The notes under the pieces were generated by a model that ran no database searches, was not told the DNA's origin, and saw nothing but the letters and a program-made list of their open reading frames with translations. Both the position numbers and the translations under genes were made by a program. 64,000 nt of DNA from the NCBI GenBank assembly GCA_965660855.1, contig CBFIBM010000001.1, positions 288,001 through 352,000 of the forward strand, given 5' to 3'. Numbering within the stretch: position 1 is the first letter of the stretch; each line of letters starts with the position of its first letter. This document shows, piece by piece, positions 60,537-64,000 of the stretch. This stretch comes from an uncultured bacterium. GTDB taxonomy: Bacteria; Fidelibacterota; Marinisomatia; Marinisomatales; UBA1611.

Positions 60537-61160
60537 ATGCCTAATTTTGACTCCTTTGATAATCTTAGTAAGAATGGGGTTCTTAATTTTAAAGAACTTC
60601 ATTTAGAATATATTCCGAACTTTTTAACGCCTAAAAGTAGTAACACCCTACATAAAATATTTAGAAACTCTATTAAATGGAAAAATGATAATTTTAAAAT
60701 AATGGGTAAAAATTATAAGGTGAGTAGAAAAGTAGCACTTTATGGTGATAAAAATATTTTTTATAAATATTCTGGGTCTAAAAAAGTAGCAATTCCATGG
60801 ACTGAAAACCTTATAATTCTGAAAAATAAAATTGAAAAAATATCTAAAACAAATTATAATTCAGTATTATTAAATGAATATGATGATGGGGAAGTATATA
60901 TGGGTTGGCATAGTGATAATGAAAGAGAGCTGGGTATTAATCCTACGATAGCATCTGTGAGTTTGGGTTCATCAAGAGATTTTTTATTCAAGCATAAATT
61001 TGATAAAGCCTTAAAAAAAGTAAAGATTAATCTATCAAATGGATCTTTATTAATAATGAAGGGGCAAACACAGCATTTGTGGAACCATTGTCTTCCGAAA
61101 AGGCGCTTGGTTCATGAGGGAAGGATTAATCTGACCTTTAGAAATATTATCAATTCATAG
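60537..61160 (+). CDS. AlkB-family (ALKBH2/3-like) Fe(II)/2-oxoglutarate dioxygenase
   Basis: NSVLLNEY..MGWHSDNE (HxD), IASVSLG, distal His (WNHCLP), RINLTFR. Confidence 0.9.
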   Translation: MPNFDSFDNLSKNGVLNFKELHLEYIPNFLTPKSSNTLHKIFRNSIKWKNDNFKIMGKNYKVSRKVALYGDKNIFYKYSGSKKVAIPWTENLIILKNKIEKISKTNYNSVLLNEYDDGEVYMGWHSDNERELGINPTIASVSLGSSRDFLFKHKFDKALKKVKINLSNGSLLIMKGQTQHLWNHCLPKRRLVHEGRINLTFRNIINS

Positions 61161-61240
61161 AACTGATATCGTCCATAAAATTATTGTTTTTAATAGAATT
61201 AGAAATTACTTTTTTATAAAATATGATGTTAATTTAAATT

Positions 61241-62221
61241 ATGAAAATAACAATACTGATTATATCCTTGGTTTTTTCCCTATTAAACGGACAATTACTT
61301 GAAGACCTCGATGATTTTAAAAAACTAAAAAGAAATTTCATTTTAGAACCGTCATTCATTGAAAAAACTGATGGTTTATGGTATAATGGGATAGAAGATG
61401 AGTTATTTACTGGTAGGGTAATAGTTTATTCAAAGTCAAATCCTGAAGGGATAAAGTTAGCTGAATGTACCATAGTAAATGGTATCAAAAGTGGGTTCTT
61501 AATACAATATTACAATAAAAAACATATGGTTCCTGGAATTAAAGGACTATACGTGAATGGAAAAAAAGAGGGTGTGTGGACGTGGACTTTTCCTGATTAC
61601 AGTAAATATCTTAACGCATGGAGGGATGCAGAATCGCAGATTATAACTAGTATTGAATTCCGTGATGATAAAAGACACGGTTATATAACGATTGATCGAG
61701 CTACCATTGAAGAAAAAGGAGTTATTGAAAAATACTCCTTTTTGAGAAATGATATTTTATTGAGGGGTCAATACACTGATAGTAATAAGTCAGGAACTTG
61801 GTTATTCAACGAATACGAATTAAGTGATTTTGATGAGATGTCAGAGCCCTATGATATCGATATGGATCCGTTTTATTGGTCAAAAAAAGAGGTCTACGAT
61901 AAAACAGGTAACCTAGCGTATAATGAATGCCGTGAGCCTTGGGATAGAGAAATTGAATGTAAACCGACTAGCTATAAATATTTTAACCCGAAAATATTTA
62001 TTTATAACGATCAGAAGATATTAGCTGATAAATTAAAAACCAACAGTAGTAATATTACCTACATCCCTGATGATAATGGGTTCCAAGTTAAAGTGAATTT
62101 AAAAGATTTTAAGAACCATATCATGAAGCATCATCCAAACGGTACGAGTGTTCACAAGCAAAAGGGCTCTTCTTTTACGATTGATGATAGTTTTAGAAAA
62201 ATGCTAGGAAACTTAAGATAA
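61241..62221 (+). CDS. secreted hypothetical protein with MORN-variant-like repeats
   Basis: Signal peptide; LFTGRV, NGIKSG, GLYVNGKKEGVW, DDKRHG, GQY..KSGTW. Confidence 0.6.
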   Translation: MKITILIISLVFSLLNGQLLEDLDDFKKLKRNFILEPSFIEKTDGLWYNGIEDELFTGRVIVYSKSNPEGIKLAECTIVNGIKSGFLIQYYNKKHMVPGIKGLYVNGKKEGVWTWTFPDYSKYLNAWRDAESQIITSIEFRDDKRHGYITIDRATIEEKGVIEKYSFLRNDILLRGQYTDSNKSGTWLFNEYELSDFDEMSEPYDIDMDPFYWSKKEVYDKTGNLAYNECREPWDREIECKPTSYKYFNPKIFIYNDQKILADKLKTNSSNITYIPDDNGFQVKVNLKDFKNHIMKHHPNGTSVHKQKGSSFTIDDSFRKMLGNLR

Positions 62222-62267
62222 TGGAGATTTTTTCTTTAAAGTATTTATCCTTTACGGTTCTAGATCA

Positions 62268-62741
62268 TTGAAAAGAATTAATGAATGGTTAGTCGCTTAT
62301 GGCGAAAGTCATAAAAATCCTTTAAATAAGAAAATTCATTGGATTTGCGTTCCAGCAATAATGTTTAGTGTTGTTGGGCTACTTTTTTCAATTCCTCATG
62401 ATAGTTTTCCTTATATTTATGGTATTATTCAGATTAATTGGGGTTTCATCGTAATAGGATTGGTTATAACATATTATATAAGATTATCAGTTTCTATGGG
62501 TATTGGAATGTTTTTAATTAGTATTTTTTTGATTTTGGGGAATCTCGCTATAAAATTATATCTAACATTTGAATTATGGAAAGTTTCTACTGTAATATTT
62601 ATCTTTGCTTGGGTAGGTCAATTTGTTGGCCACAAAATCGAGGGGAAGAAACCCTCTTTTTTCCAAGATATTCAATTCTTACTTATTGGCCCTGCTTGGC
62701 TTTTATCTTTTATTTTTAAAAGATATGGTATAAAGATCTAG
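62268..62741 (+). CDS. DUF962/Mpo1-like membrane protein
   Basis: YGESHKNPLNKKIHWICVP, AWVGQFVGHKIEGKKPSF, LLIGP. Confidence 0.9.
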   Translation: MKRINEWLVAYGESHKNPLNKKIHWICVPAIMFSVVGLLFSIPHDSFPYIYGIIQINWGFIVIGLVITYYIRLSVSMGIGMFLISIFLILGNLAIKLYLTFELWKVSTVIFIFAWVGQFVGHKIEGKKPSFFQDIQFLLIGPAWLLSFIFKRYGIKI

Positions 62742-62758
62742 TAATGAGTGCTTTCTAA

Positions 62759-63403
62759 TTGTATTGCTTTATTATTCTATCATTTTTGATAAGTGGGCTT
62801 AATGGTGCAATAAAACTTGATAAAATCCTCCTATTCAACTCAAATACTTACTATGGTACATTTATAAAATCTACAAATGAAAAAGTATTTTTTAAAATAT
62901 CTGGAAATACTGAAGCAGATTCAGTTGATATCGTAAATATCCAGTTATTACAACTTTCTAGTGGAAACAAAATCATAGATAACGGAGTTATTGTTGGAAA
63001 AGTAAAAGTAGAAGATCTAGCCATAAGAAATGTAAGACAGGAACTTGAAGGTTCGTTCAAATGGAAAGCAATTGGAGTAGCAAGCGTTCCTATTAGTTTA
63101 TTATCTGGGTCCTTATTTTGGAATTTGAGTAAACGATTTAGTTCTTCGAATAATGGTATACCCCCAGCGTTATTGTTTGGGTTTTCTTCGGTTTTTAGTT
63201 TTCAATTTACTCTTGCAAATATTAACATTTTAGTGAAAGGGTTACCAAAAGATATTGATTTTAATGCAAAAGAATTATATGAAAATGTTTATGCTAAAGA
63301 ATTAAAAAAACAAAGAAGAATTCTTCTTTCAAGAGGAATTCTTATTGGTACATTAGGAACAGGAATGTTTGCTTATCTATCTAAAAATGTAAAAGTGAAT
63401 TAA
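62759..63403 (+). CDS. hypothetical membrane protein
   Basis: 214 aa, signal-like N-terminus and C-terminal hydrophobic helices; TTG start uncertain. Confidence 0.55.
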   Translation: MYCFIILSFLISGLNGAIKLDKILLFNSNTYYGTFIKSTNEKVFFKISGNTEADSVDIVNIQLLQLSSGNKIIDNGVIVGKVKVEDLAIRNVRQELEGSFKWKAIGVASVPISLLSGSLFWNLSKRFSSSNNGIPPALLFGFSSVFSFQFTLANINILVKGLPKDIDFNAKELYENVYAKELKKQRRILLSRGILIGTLGTGMFAYLSKNVKVN

Positions 63404-63432
63404 ATTTTTTGAATCAATAGAGGCTTACTAAA

Positions 63433-64000
63433 ATGAAGAAAGAACTTAAATTCTTAAAACTTACATTACTAATTGCTTTAATATCATTCAGTTGTGAAGA
63501 TACAGAAATAAATAGAAATTTTAGTTCAGTTCCAACTGTTTTTACAAAAAAAGTTCTATTAGAAGAATTTACAGGTTCATGGTGTGGATACTGTCCAGAT
63601 GGAGCAGAAAGACTGGAAGAGTTAGTCAATGATTATGATGTAGTCGGTGTTGCCATTCATTCTCAGGATGCTATGGAAATACAACATGGAGTATATCTTG
63701 AAGAAGTTTATCCAATGTCTGGTTACCCTGGTGGTATGGTTGATAGAATTTCTTATGAAGGGTATGTGGGGCATAATAGAGGATGGTGGTCATGGCTTGC
63801 TGATCAGCAATTACAAAAAAGTGCAGTTTGTGGTCTGGCTATAAATTCTCAAGTTAGCGGTGATAAAGCAAATATTGAGGTTAGGTATGCCTTTAATACT
63901 GAAGTTATATTAGAAAATCATAAATTAAATGTTTACCTAGTGGAGGATAATGTTCAAGGAGAAGGATATGGTTTCGATCAACGAAATTATTATAATTCCG
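63433..64000 (+). CDS. Omp28-related thioredoxin-fold lipoprotein (partial, runs off the window)
   Basis: Manual translation MKKELKFLKLTLLIALISFSCED..KKVLLEEFTGSWCGYCPDG..VAIH..GYPGGMVDR..LNVYLVED; absent from the ORF track. Confidence 0.85.
   Translation, partial: MKKELKFLKLTLLIALISFSCEDTEINRNFSSVPTVFTKKVLLEEFTGSWCGYCPDGAERLEELVNDYDVVGVAIHSQDAMEIQHGVYLEEVYPMSGYPGGMVDRISYEGYVGHNRGWWSWLADQQLQKSAVCGLAINSQVSGDKANIEVRYAFNTEVILENHKLNVYLVEDNVQGEGYGFDQRNYYNS

Noticed and set aside
61241..62221. YwqK-like antitoxin of a toxin-antitoxin pair
   Set aside because: Only generic MORN-variant-like repeats, and no toxin gene is adjacent
63414..63844. Track ORFs 63414..63629 (-) and 63647..63844 (+)
   Set aside because: They overlap the convincing Omp28-like frame starting at 63433
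1..64000. CRISPR arrays, rRNA, IS elements, long tandem repeats
   Set aside because: None seen by eye; only short AT microsatellite-like runs (around 28741 and 51405). A computational repeat or Rfam scan was not possible

Overview
This is an AT-rich (roughly 30% GC by eye), gene-dense bacterial chromosomal segment. Its FCB-group-like content (PorV, T9SS-type C-terminal domains, GWxTD protein, GT5 half-enzyme, Omp28) suggests a streamlined marine lineage such as Marinimicrobia/SAR406; this placement is inference only. Positions 1-48.7 kb are mostly core and envelope genes, nearly all on the + strand: sdaA, a TonB-dependent receptor, trxA-trxB, mreBCD-mrdA-rodA, a CpoB-like gene, glyA, a TPAT/TRAP transporter, a porV-led outer-membrane locus ending in bamD-nadD, ftsEX, grpE-dnaJ, rsmD-coaD, icd and obgE. 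tRNA-Ser(GCT) at 48789-48875 is followed by a mixed-strand accessory region. That region holds two class III cyclases, MaoC, YceI, an hxlR/yceI deletion scar, pirin, rhodanese, a secreted PNGase F-like + LamG/dockerin pair, AlkB, DUF962 and a truncated Omp28-like lipoprotein. The most notable items are: (1) a porV locus whose M6-like protease has lost its HEXXH motif, next to a gluzincin-propeller-Omp85-like fusion and bamD; (2) a dockerin/cohesin-like PNGase F-LamG operon with sorting domains; (3) a clean deletion scar fusing the remnants of two divergent genes. No CRISPR array, rRNA, integrase or transposase was seen. The ORF track gives the wrong strand for 38208..39155 (it is on the - strand) and omits the ORF running off the 3' end.
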